From contig NC_042998.1 in assembly GCF_006345805.1 (NCBI RefSeq), positions 96,410,001 to 96,474,000 of the forward strand: a DNA stretch of 64,000 nt, in the 5' to 3' direction. This stretch comes from Octopus sinensis (Eukaryota). A program made the translations under genes and the position numbers. The notes under the pieces were generated by a model. It worked only from the letters and a program-made list of their open reading frames with translations. It was not told the origin of the DNA and made no database searches. Below, in pieces: positions 1 through 11,339 of the stretch; the first letter of the stretch is position 1; each line of letters opens with the position of its first letter.

Positions 1-823
1 GACCGTGTGTTTCAACAGATCCTCCTGCAATGCGGGGAGATTTTGTAACGCAGAGAATCTTAGTTTAACGCGAGAGCTTCTACGTGATCGATGGACTTGC
101 AACAATACATAGCAACCATATCTCGTCTAAATCACAACCGGTTCTCTGAAATCAGAAGAACACATTGTATAACGTTGTCAAAAGTACACTATGGCCGTAT
201 AAAATGAATGATGCTCACGGCTGGAATATTTTTGTGTGGTTTAGGATCATCTGGTGCCAAGCAACCACACAAAAAAAAATCAAGTCTAGTATTACAATAA
301 ATTCAGTTCTACAGAGAAAATAAACATTAATTTCAAGGAACTATCACGTAAATTGCAAGCTATAAATGCAAAGATACAAATTATTGCTGAAAGAAGAAAA
401 TTTTACTTAACAACTGTCTTTCTTACGGCATGTAATAATTGTAGAGAAGTGGTACAATAGGCTATAGAAATGAGAAAAGCATAACCAACTTGAATGTCTC
501 ATTGTTGAGCTATAAGACACATCTATCATTTGTTACATCACAGAGAAATACATGGAAGTGTTCAATGTAATCACAGCCACAATAAATGCTATTGAATAGA
601 AAGCAAAAGCCTGAGCTTTAAGTAAAATAAAGACAAAAACATATATAACATGGGGCTAAAGTCACGTCAAAGTTTCATTCTGAAGTGAATAGTTTTCATA
701 TATAATATATGGTGTGTGGTGTGTGTGTGTGTTGTGTATGTATGTATGTATGTATGTATGTATGAGTATGTATGTATGTATGTATGTATGTATGTGTGGT
801 GTGTATATATATATACATATATT

Positions 824-895
824 AGGAAAAGGAAAGACCCAAGGAAGGGGAGACGAAGGGAAAAAATCGCCAACGATACATACGCGGCCACCAAT
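824..895 (-). mobile_element. 5' part of short repeat family E1 (hammerhead-bearing family), truncated before the ribozyme core
   Basis: Reverse complement gtggccgcgtatgtatcgttggcgatttt...gggtctttccttttcct matches 6324-6392 and the element at 34257-34465; abuts (TA)n/(TATG)n. Confidence 0.6.
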
Positions 896-1260
896 ACGTT
901 TATGAATTTGTGTTGCAAGATTCTTGATGTTAGACCGTGTGTTCAACAGATATTGTATTTCGGGATGGCAATTATAATATATCTTTATATATATATTTAT
1001 ATAATATATATATATATATATTATATATATATTATTATATATATATCTATATTATATATAATATATAGATAGATAGATAGATAGATAGTAGATTAGATAG
1101 ATAGATAGATAGATAGATGATAGATAGATAGATATAGGTGTATATATATATATATATACCAGAGTAAGCACATAGATGTGAAACAAGGTGGTAAAAATAG
1201 TACTCGATAAATGTTGCCGAAGCAGACACTCCGAGGATTTTCACCAGAGCCCCGTCTGCC

Positions 1261-1353
1261 GGGTTGTGGCCCTAATACCACTCAGTGTCAGACCAATCCG
1301 CCTTGGGTGGCCCTACCAGGAACCGAAGTTCCCGATAGCATAGCTCTGACACT
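1261..1353 (+). ncRNA. Candidate HDV-like ribozyme fold, decayed, probably from a non-LTR retrotransposon 5' UTR
   Basis: Helix order P1(1261-67/1307-13, wobble-rich), P2(1284-92/1345-53, 9 bp perfect), P3(1293-96/1303-06), P4(1319-23/1328-32, CGAA loop), in a GC-rich island. Confidence 0.4.
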
Positions 1354-1494
1354 ACCCGATGCCAGCGTCCCCATCACGGTGAGGAGGGGATGGACTTTGG
1401 GGACGCCGTGACCCAGGCGTTGTGGAACGTTGTTACAAGCAGTATTATTATAGTACTTACCATATTTATCAATTACCTTATCTCCCAACTGTTA

Positions 1495-1600
1495 GAGTCA
1501 GCGAGATAACCTCTACGTGATCACTCTATTTGCTAGAAGTAGTAGCCAAATCTCTCACAATTCAAACCTGACAGTCTTAAAAAGGAAGGACATGTTAGAT
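1495..1600 (+). repeat. Dispersed repeat family G (unclassified)
   Basis: ctacgtgatcact...gctagaagtagtagccaaatctctc...aaaaaggaagg; related copies near 75-160 (+), 5945-6025 (-), 10325-10380 (-) and 53215-53300 (+). Confidence 0.5.
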
Positions 1601-1813
1601 AAAATCATCCTAGATCTGTCTAAGATCTAGGATAGTTTAGATCTACTTAATCTCGTCCAAACTGGAGCAGCACAACAACAGTGTCCAATTATTAACAAAC
1701 TAAAATAATTCTCTCGAAAATTTTAACGAAGGTGAAATTAAAGGATGATTCTTGTGATTATGAATGAGGACATCAAACCAACTTGAATATGAAGTTCTGA
1801 TAAAATCTGACAA

Positions 1814-2200
1814 AGGCGCAAACGTGGCTGTTTGATAAGAAGCTTGCTTCCAAACCACATGGTTCTGGGTTCAGTCCCACTCTTTTACTATAGTCTCGGG
1901 TCGACTAAAGCCTTGTGAATGGATTTTGGTAGAAGGAAACTGAGAGACGCTCGCAGTGTGTATGTATATATATATATAAGTGTATGTGCATGTGTGTGTG
2001 TGTGTCCTCCCACCATCGCTTGACAACCGATGTTGATGTGTTTACGTTCCAATGACTTAGCGCTTCGGCAAAAAGAACCAATAGAATTAGTACTAGGCTT
2101 ACAAAGAATAAGTCCTGGTGTCGATTTCTTCGACTAAAATCCCTTTAAGACGGTGCCCCAGCATGGCTGCAGTCATGACTGAAGCAAGTAAAAGAATAAA
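1814..2200 (+). mobile_element. tRNA-headed SINE family B with internal (TA)/(TG) microsatellite
   Basis: A-box-like TGGCTGTTTG and B-box-like GGTTCAGTCC; body and tail (gactgaagcaagtaaaaga) shared with 56986-57372. Confidence 0.8.
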
Positions 2201-2374
2201 ACCAGAACCAAGAATGGAGCGTTTGAAAGATTCAACGAAATACGATTAACAATAAGAAATTGCTTGTGAAAATGCGATATTTAATTCTACTCTAAAATTC
2301 GACTGTATTGTGTCGAGCAAAGACATCACAAAATCTGTTACTCAGAGTTTCACGTTCCCGTTCGTCGGACATAA

Positions 2375-2408
<34 letters not shown>

Positions 2409-3393
2409 CATATATGCATATATGCATGTATATACGTCTATGTATGTCTGTGGTACACAAAGGTGTCGCGACAACCCGGTTTAAAAAGATCACTGATGTT
2501 TACGAATAATACGTAAATAATTATAATAAATATGCACCTTTGAAGTTGTATTGTTTCCTTCGATTGCCGAAAACTAACACATTTCTTTATATTAAAAAAA
2601 AAAATCTTTTCTAAACAAGATTTAGTTTGTGCTGCCTAAATTATATCAATTGCAAATATGTAAAAGCAACTTTAGTTACATTAGAGCAGGTACAATTGTT
2701 AAAGGATTATAGTTGCAATGAATAATCAGAACCCAAATAAGGTAAAGTAATCTGATCGGCGAGAATCCTATACAATGAATAAGGCAATTACAAATGAAGA
2801 GTGGAGAGGTAGAATGTAAGAGAGAGAAACACACCGAATTGTGTTTGGCATGCAGCAAATAGTTATTATTGAAGATAAGCAGGCGTTATCAAGCGAGAAT
2901 TATTTGGTTTCTTATTGAATAGAGATATGGGAAATGCTAAATAACGACTTTTAACAGTATTCACAGTGGATTGTGAATTGTGAATTGCGAATTGTGAACT
3001 TCTATATGCGTTGGATCACAGAACTTATTTAAGGTTCGATTAAGAAGACATCACAGAAAAATTCCCTCCACACACGCGCGAGCGAGCGCGCGCAAGCAAG
3101 CAAACAAGCAAATAGTATTATGATGTAACAGGCACGTCTATATGTCTGCAAGAAGAAGAAGAAGAAGAAGAAGTAGAAGAGCAACAACAACAACAATTAC
3201 AATAACAATGCCAACAATAGCAACACTAATAATGATGGGTGGTGCTGTTGAGGCAAATTATATTTGGTAGTCGGCGAAGTTATTTTTATTGTTTACTCAG
3301 TTCAGCCACCCTTAACCAGGCTATTCGTCCCCTCCCCTCCATATTTTTCTCTTTCCCGCCCCATCTCTCTTTCTCCCTCTCCCTCCCCCACCC

Positions 3394-3436
<43 letters not shown>

Positions 3437-3602
3437 TTCTTTCTCTTTCTCTCTGTTGAAATGACTTATGCCATTATTTTCTGTTGGAAGAAAGGCAGTT
3501 AAAACATTACTAACAGCGAAGACTACCCCCCCCCCAAAAAAAATACCCCTCCAAAAACATAATGAACAAACGACTATTAACTAATTCTAGGTAATTGGGG
3601 AA

Positions 3603-3650
<48 letters not shown>

Positions 3651-3854
3651 TTTATTCCTGAATGGTAGCAATTAAATGGCTTAAGCCAAAGTGAAATGTC
3701 ATAATCATTAAAGGGATGGTTATATATAATCTAGTTCACGAGAAATTGTTCTCGTTTTATATAATAAAAAACAAAAAAAACATCACATTCTTGAAAGTAA
3801 TAATAGCTTTTCATATTGAACATTCGATAATGCATCGGGGAAGTACTATTTGCC

Positions 3855-4217
3855 TTTACTCTTTTACTTCTTACTAATTTCAGCTATTGGGCTGCGACCA
3901 TGCTAGGGTAACACCCCGAAAGGATTTAGTCGAGCTGTTAGGCCACAGTACGTTTTGATTTTAAAAGTCTGGCACTTAATCTGTCGGGAATTTTTGCTGA
4001 ACTGCACTGTTACGGGAACGTAAGCAAACCAGCACCGGTTGTCAAGCTGTGAGGAGGCAAACACAAACACACACACACATACGACGGGCTTTTACACATT
4101 TCTCTCTATCAAATTCTCTCACAAGGCATTAGTTGGTTCGGGGCTATCGCAGTGGAACTGAACCCAATACCTCGTAGTTTCAAAGCGAGCTTCTTAACCA
4201 CACAGCCACGCCTGCAC
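3855..4217 (-). mobile_element. SINE family B, diverged
   Basis: Reverse-complement similarity to 56986-57372, including head and internal (CA)n. Confidence 0.7.
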
Positions 4218-4269
4218 TTATGAAGGAAAAATTCAACTTACTACTCGAACTGTCACTAATTGTTCCTAA

Positions 4270-4425
4270 TGTAGGCACTAGAAAGGGGCTTGTCAATTAC
4301 ATCGACCCCCAGAACATGACTGGTACTTTATTTCGACTCCAGAAGCAAGAAAGGCAAAGTTAACCTCGGTGGGATTTGAACTCAGAACTTAAAGAACCCG
4401 AAGAAATACCTCTAAGCAGTTTGTC
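4270..4425 (-). mobile_element. tRNA-headed SINE family A fragment
   Basis: aaaggcaaagttaacctcggtgggatttgaactcagaac matches the reverse complement of the family A core at 37927-38160. Confidence 0.75.
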
Positions 4426-4634
4426 TGGGGTTCCCCGGAACCCTAGGGTTCTGCAAAAGGTTCCTAGGGGTTCCGCAAGAAAGAGTGAGATAAGCTAATG
4501 CTAATTTCATGATCGTAATATTATTATACATGCACAACGTACTATTGGTTATTTGTAATATTGTAACTTAGACAACAGCCTGTCTAACTTATTATATTAT
4601 TAAAAAATATAACAACCATTGGGGATACATTTAG

Positions 4635-4671
<37 letters not shown>

Positions 4672-4793
4672 ACGTTAACTACGATGAAAAAAATATGACA
4701 AAGATATGGGATATAACTTTTTTGTGCAGGGGTTCCTTGAGACATTTAATTCATTTTAAGGGTTACGCAAGGGTAAAAAGGTTGGGAAACACT
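4426..4793. mobile_element. Non-autonomous hAT (Charlie-like) DNA transposon, left end incomplete
   Basis: Subterminal ggggttccccggaaccctagggttc motifs; right terminus aaaaggttgggaaacact typical of hAT MITE ends; left TIR not seen. Confidence 0.5.
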
Positions 4794-4864
4794 CTAACGA
4801 GTTAACAATTTTGCCATTTCACCACCTTTCGAACTGTTGTAAATTACTTTTTATTTAAACTAGT

Positions 4865-5000
4865 ACAAGACAGTGAGCTGGCAGCATTGTTAGCATACCA
4901 GGTAAAATGCTTAGCGGCATTTCGTCCGTCTTTACGATCTGAGTTAAATTTCCATCGAAGTCGACTTTGCTTTCCCTCCTCTCGGAGTCGATAAAACGAC
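4865..5000 (+). mobile_element. SINE family A fragment
   Basis: gtgagctggcag...gagttaaatttcc...gtcgactttgc core. Confidence 0.7.
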
Positions 5001-5164
5001 TTCTCGGCTTCCTCATTCCTTGACCCAGCGGGCTGAGGATTGCATCAACACCTGAATGTTATTCATTACAGATGAAGAGACTCGAGCAACCACAAGACTA
5101 CGTGCCTTGATTACATAAATTAGTTTTAATTATATATTGAAAGACATAATTAAACAAGCTACTT

Positions 5165-5315
5165 GTTGCTTGAAACTGATACTCATTACAACTGAGTTAA
5201 TTGAAGTAACGTGAAATAAAGTGCCTTATTCAAGAACACACGTTCGGCATTGGAATCGAACAAACAATCTTATGATCGCGAGTTAGACATCTCTAACCAC
5301 TTGGCCAAGAGCTTT
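5165..5315 (-). mobile_element. tRNA-headed SINE family C fragment
   Basis: Reverse complement tggccaagtggttagag...gttcgattcc...gtgttcttgaataaggcactttatttcac matches 40734-40860. Confidence 0.65.
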
Positions 5316-6125
5316 CCTAATGTAAATTCGCTTCAAAACCAAATAGTTATGAATTGAATTGTCAGATAAATTCGTTCGTTGTTTTCTGTTTAGTTTAATT
5401 CTCTCCGATGTTATCTGAATTAAGACGAAAAGTGTTTTTATCGTAGTGTTTTAGTTTGGGGATTGTGGGGGCGGGGTGTAGCTCTGTTCTTCCTCTACAG
5501 CTTTTGTTTATCGTTTTTGAAATGTGAATGAATTTTAGCTCTTTTCAGACATATGATGATGGAGTGCCAAGTAGAAAAAAAAAAGATAAAAACGAATTTA
5601 TTTGACAACCATATGTTAGATATAGTTGAACAACCTAGTCTTTTCCCGAAGCTAATTGTTGTTGCTTAGGTCCAGGTCAACCTTGATTGACAAGATCCTA
5701 TAATGAATGGCTTATTCGTAAGTAAATGGTCTATTTGAATAGAAATGGCATTCTAATGGTATTCCAGCCGTGACTATCCCATCTTTTTTCTTAAACAGTG
5801 TGACATTCCATTGGAATTCTATGACTATCGTTCTTTTCTTTTCTTGATCATTCTTTATCAGTGTCATTCCAGTGACATTCCAGTTGTGTCTATCCCGTTT
5901 ATTTTCTCGGACATTGTATGTCTATGACTATTTGTTCTTCTTTTTCTAACACAGTGAGGCGTAATTTGAGAGGAATCTGGCTGTTATTTCTCGCAGGCAG
6001 AGCAACCACATAGAGAAGCTCACTGAGTAGCGCAGGGGAGGCGTTTTTTTCTGAAGATAACTGCGAAATTATGTGTGGCTGCGGTTGAAGTATTAATGAA
6101 CAGAAACCAGGCAAAATATCTGAAG

Positions 6126-6289
6126 AGGCATAGGTGTAGCTATGTAGTTAAAAAGTTTGTTTCACAATCATGTGGTTTTGGGTTCAGTCCTATTGCGCGG
6201 AACCTATAGTCTTCTACTATAGCCTCAGCCGACCAAAGCCTTGTGAGTGGATTTGATAGACGGAAACTGTGTGGAAGTCCGTCGTGTAT

Positions 6290-6323
<34 letters not shown>

Positions 6324-6526
6324 GTGACCGCGTGTGTACCGTTGGCGATTTTTTTTCCTCTGTCTTCCCTTCTCTGGATCTTTCCTTCTCCTATGTTTCC
6401 GACGAAGAGCTCTGCTCGAAACGTTAAACCCTCCTTATTTACTTCTTTTCTGAACGTTCGATAATACTATATTTGTTCCACGTCCTCGCGTTGTTGTGTT
6501 TTTGTTTTTAGCTTTCTTGTTTGGAT

Positions 6527-6602
<76 letters not shown>

Positions 6603-6775
6603 TGTGTATGACTTTGTATATGTGTTATGTTTGTCCCCACCACCTAAGGGACCTACAGAATAAGTAGTAGCCTTAAAAAAAAAGGACTGGAGTTGGTTTG
6701 TCCGATTAAACTCTTCAGAGCAGTGCCCCAGCTTGGCCGCAGTCCCACAGCTGAAACAAGTAAAATATAATAGAT
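6126..6775 (+). mobile_element. SINE family B interrupted in its internal (TA)n by an E1 element
   Basis: Head and body 6126-6290, (TA)n, insert 6321-6530, (TA)n(TG)n, SINE B tail 6600-6775. Confidence 0.7.
6321..6530 (+). mobile_element. Short element E1 with minimal hammerhead ribozyme motif (6395-6429)
   Basis: GTTT-CCGACGA-A-GAGC-TCT-GCTC-GAAA-CGT-T-AAAC: stem I GTTT/AAAC, stem II GAGC/GCTC, palindromic ACGT stem III; (TA)n on both flanks. Confidence 0.7.
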
Positions 6776-8258
6776 AAGAGGAAAAAACTTCCAATGATTA
6801 AATATTTGTCTATACAAATGAATGAGTGATGGGAATTTTGACTGATTGAATGATTCATAAAGGGTGGGGAATAAAAAAAACCGTTGGAATTACCGATATT
6901 AAATTATCTCATGTCTCTTACATGTTAATTACCTTTATTGATGTGCCTTCTCTCTGATTATTCCTACATGCATTCACATTCCTGTTTTTACCACCATACA
7001 GCTTTTCACGTCCATATCTAATACACTGCAATTTTGCTTTATTAAAACCTCCTTTACATTAAATTATCATGTCTTCCTGCATGTTAATTATCTTTATTGG
7101 TGAGGCTTTCTTTCAGCTTAGTCTATTCCTATATTTATTGATGTTCCTGTTTTTACCATAATATAACTTCCATGTTTCATTCGTGCTTCAATTTTGTTGC
7201 ATTCAAAATCTCTTTGTATTCTTTCTTATTTTCTCTCACTTATACATTGCTTTCTATTTTGTCTTATATTTTACTTCCATTTTTTTGTGTGTATGTGAGT
7301 GAGGTTGGAGGCTGTGTAGCTACACAACACGGGTCCCAACGGGTTTGTCTTCATTATCTAATATCTTGATTCTTTAAATATGAAGACACCCACTTCTAGG
7401 TCGTATTACCTTTTAACAGCAGGACACGCTGCCCTCGTCAACAAAAGCTGCTCTATTGACGAAAACAAAACTCGACACAGCACAGAGAGTAACTGTACGT
7501 AGAAGCTCCCTGTTAATGATTCCTGGTAAAAGTGATGGCTGTGTTTTTATGTTTGCCTAAGTTTTCTCACTTAAAGTATTTTGTTGTTGTTTAACTCCGG
7601 ATGAAATCCGAAGAACTATAATCAAGGGTACTTCAATTATGACCGTCATTCGTTTTGTATAATGTCATTGTTGTGTGACTCTGCGTCAGCTATGATGAGG
7701 CTGAGAGCAAGGGAGTTATCTAAGCTGACTATATTCCTACTTACTAACTACCATGTAGGGATGAATTGTATGCAGCGCAGTTTGGCATCCTGAACATTTT
7801 GTATTCTCTCCGCAGTCCACTTGAATTCTGCACGTCTGTTGTTCTTTTATCACAGATCAGCCATGATTGAGTACACCTATAATCAAGTCACTCCTTCCTC
7901 TCTTAAACGGCAGTCCTCAGGGTCTCTCTATCTCCCTCCCTTCCTCTTTCCCCTCTGTCCCCTTCCCTCCATCACTCTCTCTCTCTATCTCTATCTCTCT
8001 TCATCTTTTTCTTGCATGAGTCGAATAGACGTTTTGGCATAGTTTATTTGGCATCAATGATTCGTCGTTGACTTATTTGACATCAGGCGTTTTAACGTTT
8101 CTCTCGTAAGTTTACACTGGTCTCGGAAAGTGGGGCTGCCCTCCATACAAATCCACCAAGTGAAGAAATAACATTTCATCAATGACCATCCGGTTTTTTA
8201 TCTTTTTTTTTTGTATCTGAGACTGTATTGGCAAATGTACCCATCCTTTCTTGAGGTG

Positions 8259-8324
8259 GCAAATATGATTTGAATTTGGGTGCTGCTTCTCGCAAATATG
8301 ATTTGAATTTGGGTGCTGCTTCTC
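8259..8324. repeat. Perfect 33-bp tandem duplication
   Basis: gcaaatatgatttgaatttgggtgctgcttctc x2 (8259-8291, 8292-8324). Confidence 0.95.
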
Positions 8325-8689
8325 GCAGATCGTAAGACCACGTAAAGCTCTACTCGTTGGCATATCTGTACGCATATAGGCTCCGACAATGCGTAAAGCG
8401 GATTTAGGAGAAGCGGACTCATTAAGAGTACGATTACTGCGCTATCAGTTAAAAGTTCTTTCCCAAAATGGATGGTACATACCATGGTGGGAACGGTGGA
8501 ATGTTTTATGTAGCTACTCGAGGCAAAAGTTGCAATAAGGGAAGTGATTAATGCATCTGAGCACTCTTCTATACTTTATCTCCTATTTAAATAGTGATTT
8601 TAAAAAATGTAATATTATGATAAACTAATTGTAGCCACAATCACGACAGCAAAGACAATAACATTAGCAACGACATCAACCTTTTCAAA

Positions 8690-8880
8690 TATTGGTACAA
8701 GGCTTGAAGTTTGTGGGGAGAAGATTCGTCGATTACATCGAACCCCGCCTAGTACTTGGCCCCGACATGGTGACTCCAAAAGATGAAAGGCTTAATTGGC
8801 ATCGATAGAATTTGAACTCAGAAAATAGAGTCGAAGCATTTTGTCGGACGCGTTAACGATTCTACCAGCTTACCGCCTTG
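8690..8880 (-). mobile_element. SINE family A, diverged
   Basis: gaatttgaactcaga...cgttaacgattctaccagcttaccgcctt. Confidence 0.7.
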
Positions 8881-8944
8881 ACAACATCAACAATTATAGT
8901 AGACTTCAAGATGTGAATAAGTAAAAAAAAAACAAAGCAGAATA

Positions 8945-9204
8945 TATACTGCCTTTGCAGGAGAGGCACTCTTCACAAACAACTGCAGACGAAGAGAACT
9001 TGAGGGTGGAGGCAGCTGAAAACCGAGCCCGCAGAAAAGAAATGACAGCCAACAGACCGGATTCAACATATAGGTGTGACCTCTGCAAGCGAGACTGCCA
9101 CTCTCGCATCGGTCTCTACAGCCACAGGAGGCGTTGCAAAAACTGAATAGACAACTCAATGGACGGATGACATCATCCATGGTCAGCCATGACCGACGGA
9201 GGCC
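8945..9204 (+). mobile_element. 3' end of an RTE-clade LINE (C-terminal zinc finger plus 3' UTR)
   Basis: ORF 8955-9146 ends YRCDLCKRDCHSRIGLYSHRRRC, the RTE C-terminal CxxC..SRIGLxSH motif; followed by the tail ccatggtcagccatgaccgacggaggcc. Confidence 0.9.
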
Positions 9205-9375
9205 CTAGTAGGTAAATTATAAGCAATAAACGAAAGTATAATTTAAAAGAAATTATCAAAATTTGAGGGTAAATCTATACGTGCAATAAAGACGACTACG
9301 CACGTATAGCGTTCGGTGAAGTCCTGACTTGTACCTATATATACATAAATGTACTTGTGGAGATTTAATATTGAT

Positions 9376-9985
9376 TTCAAATTTTGGCACAGGACCAGAA
9401 ATTTCGGGGGAGGAGGTAAACCGATTACATCGACCCGCCATTGCTCAATTGGTACTTCTTTTATAGGCCCCAAAAGGATAAAAGGCAAAGTTGACTCCGG
9501 CAGCATTTGAACTCAGGACGTAAAGACGGAAGAAATGCCGGCCGCTAAGCATTTGCGTGGCGTGCTAACGATTCTTATTTCTTTACTGCCCACAAGGGGC
9601 TAAACACAGAGAAGACAAACAAGGACAGACAAAGGGATTAAGTCGATTATATCGACCCAAGTACGTAACTGACACTTAATTTATCGACCCCGAAAGGATG
9701 AAAGGTAAAGTCGACCTCAGCGGAATTTGAACTCAGAACGTAGCGGTAAACGAAATACCTATTTCTTTATTACCCACAAGGGGCTAAATACAGAGGAGAC
9801 AAACAAGGACAGACAGACGGATTAAGTCGATTATATCGATGCCAGTGGGTAACTGGTACTAATTTATCGATCCCGAAAGGATGAAAAGCAAAGTCGACCT
9901 CGGCGGAATTTGAACTCAGAACGTAACGGCAAACGAAATACCGCTAAGCATTTCGTCCGGCGTGTTAACGATTCTACCAGCTCGC
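9376..9985 (-). mobile_element. Head-to-tail trimer of SINE family A
   Basis: Three successive cores (gaatttgaactcag at about 9505, 9723 and 9907) with junctions at about 9575 and 9760. Confidence 0.85.
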
Positions 9986-10417
9986 AAAAGGATGGGAGCG
10001 ATTGTGAAAAAATGTTTGAGAAGCACTGAGGTTCATTTATCATCGATTCTTTCAAACATTCCCTTTTATTATCAGTCACGGTACCCATATAGGTAAGTGA
10101 CTAACTTGTTGTCAAAGATACATGTATTCACGTCGATCGTAACCTCAAATTGAGAGAGGCAAGCGGTAGAAAAGCGTTGAAATTTGTCACAGGCTAGTTG
10201 TTGTTGTTGCTTAATCTCAAGTCAGCCCTAATCGAGCAGACTTAAGTTTAAAGGCATTCCAACCGTGACCATCTTGTATTTTGAGGTATATATTGTGAAT
10301 GCATTATCCAATATGGCATTTCTTTCTTTGAAACAGTTGGATGTGATTTGAATGCGATTTTACTGCTATTTGCAGTAGTTCCCGTTGGCTAGTTTTAGTC
10401 AGCTAGTATATGGCGTT

Positions 10418-10443
10418 GAGTCATTCCTATAAAGGAATGACTC
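10418..10443. promoter_or_regulatory. Perfect palindrome containing a CArG box and AP-1-like sites (candidate regulatory site)
   Basis: GAGTCATTCC-TATAAA-GGAATGACTC; CCTATAAAGG = CC(A/T)6GG at 10426-10435; TGAGTCA at 10417-10423. Confidence 0.3.
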
Positions 10444-10774
10444 GAATTTTTAACTTTCGTGAAAACGCGAACGATTTAACTTTCGACTTACTATACCTAT
10501 CCCCCTTTTATTCCACATCCACTCTTAAATCTCATCATGCTCTAGATGTTTGGGATGTAAAATGAAACCAGAAATGACGAGTGTTTCAAAGAAAGACTGC
10601 AAAATTATTTTATGAAAGTTATAATCCCGTCGAGTATATCTCAAGTTACAGACAACAGGCAAAACAGAAATTATTAGCCTCAGAACATTGCCCCAGTACT
10701 TTATAAATTGACGTACTACTAACGAATGTCAAATAGTACAGATGGTGTCAAATTGTATTGCAGATATGTCTATC

Positions 10775-10809
<35 letters not shown>

Positions 10810-11339
10810 CCCCGCGTATGTGTGTGTGTGTGTATGAGAGAGAGAGAGATAGTTTCTAGATAGAATGATGGTCTGGGTATTTATTTACATTTGACTGGTG
10901 TATCCAATTACATGTCTGCTACAAATTGTACTTCTATAATAGATTTACTCTAAAGTATAATTACAGCAAAAAATATAACGCTGCTAAGTATATCAATAAT
11001 GAATTTAAAGTACTTGAAAGTAATGCGCTATTTATACAAATCGTGCTTTCCGACTTAGTGAAGTCTCCAATTGTAGTGACTATACGATGCATCGTATATA
11101 TTCAATGTGTATACCTATGCGCATAGATAACAGGTGAATACGCAGTTTATGATGAATGTTTCTTCTTGCCTAGAGATATTTTGTGGCCTTTGTTTGTATA
11201 TCTGGCTAGTTGCCTTAACAGACATGTTTCATGACCGAAGCACTTATCCTTTGAAGAGTGGCAAACAAACTATGAAACGTTTCGAGATAGACTTAATACA
11301 TTACACACACGCACACACACACCACACACACACACATTC

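Noticed and set aside
662-1072. ORFs rich in YI/VC/HT repeats here and throughout the window
   Set aside because: They are translations of (TA)n, (TG)n and (TATG)n microsatellites, with no protein-like complexity.
8170-8200. MVIDEM as a helicase Walker B motif
   Set aside because: It is a single short motif with no Walker A or other helicase motifs nearby.
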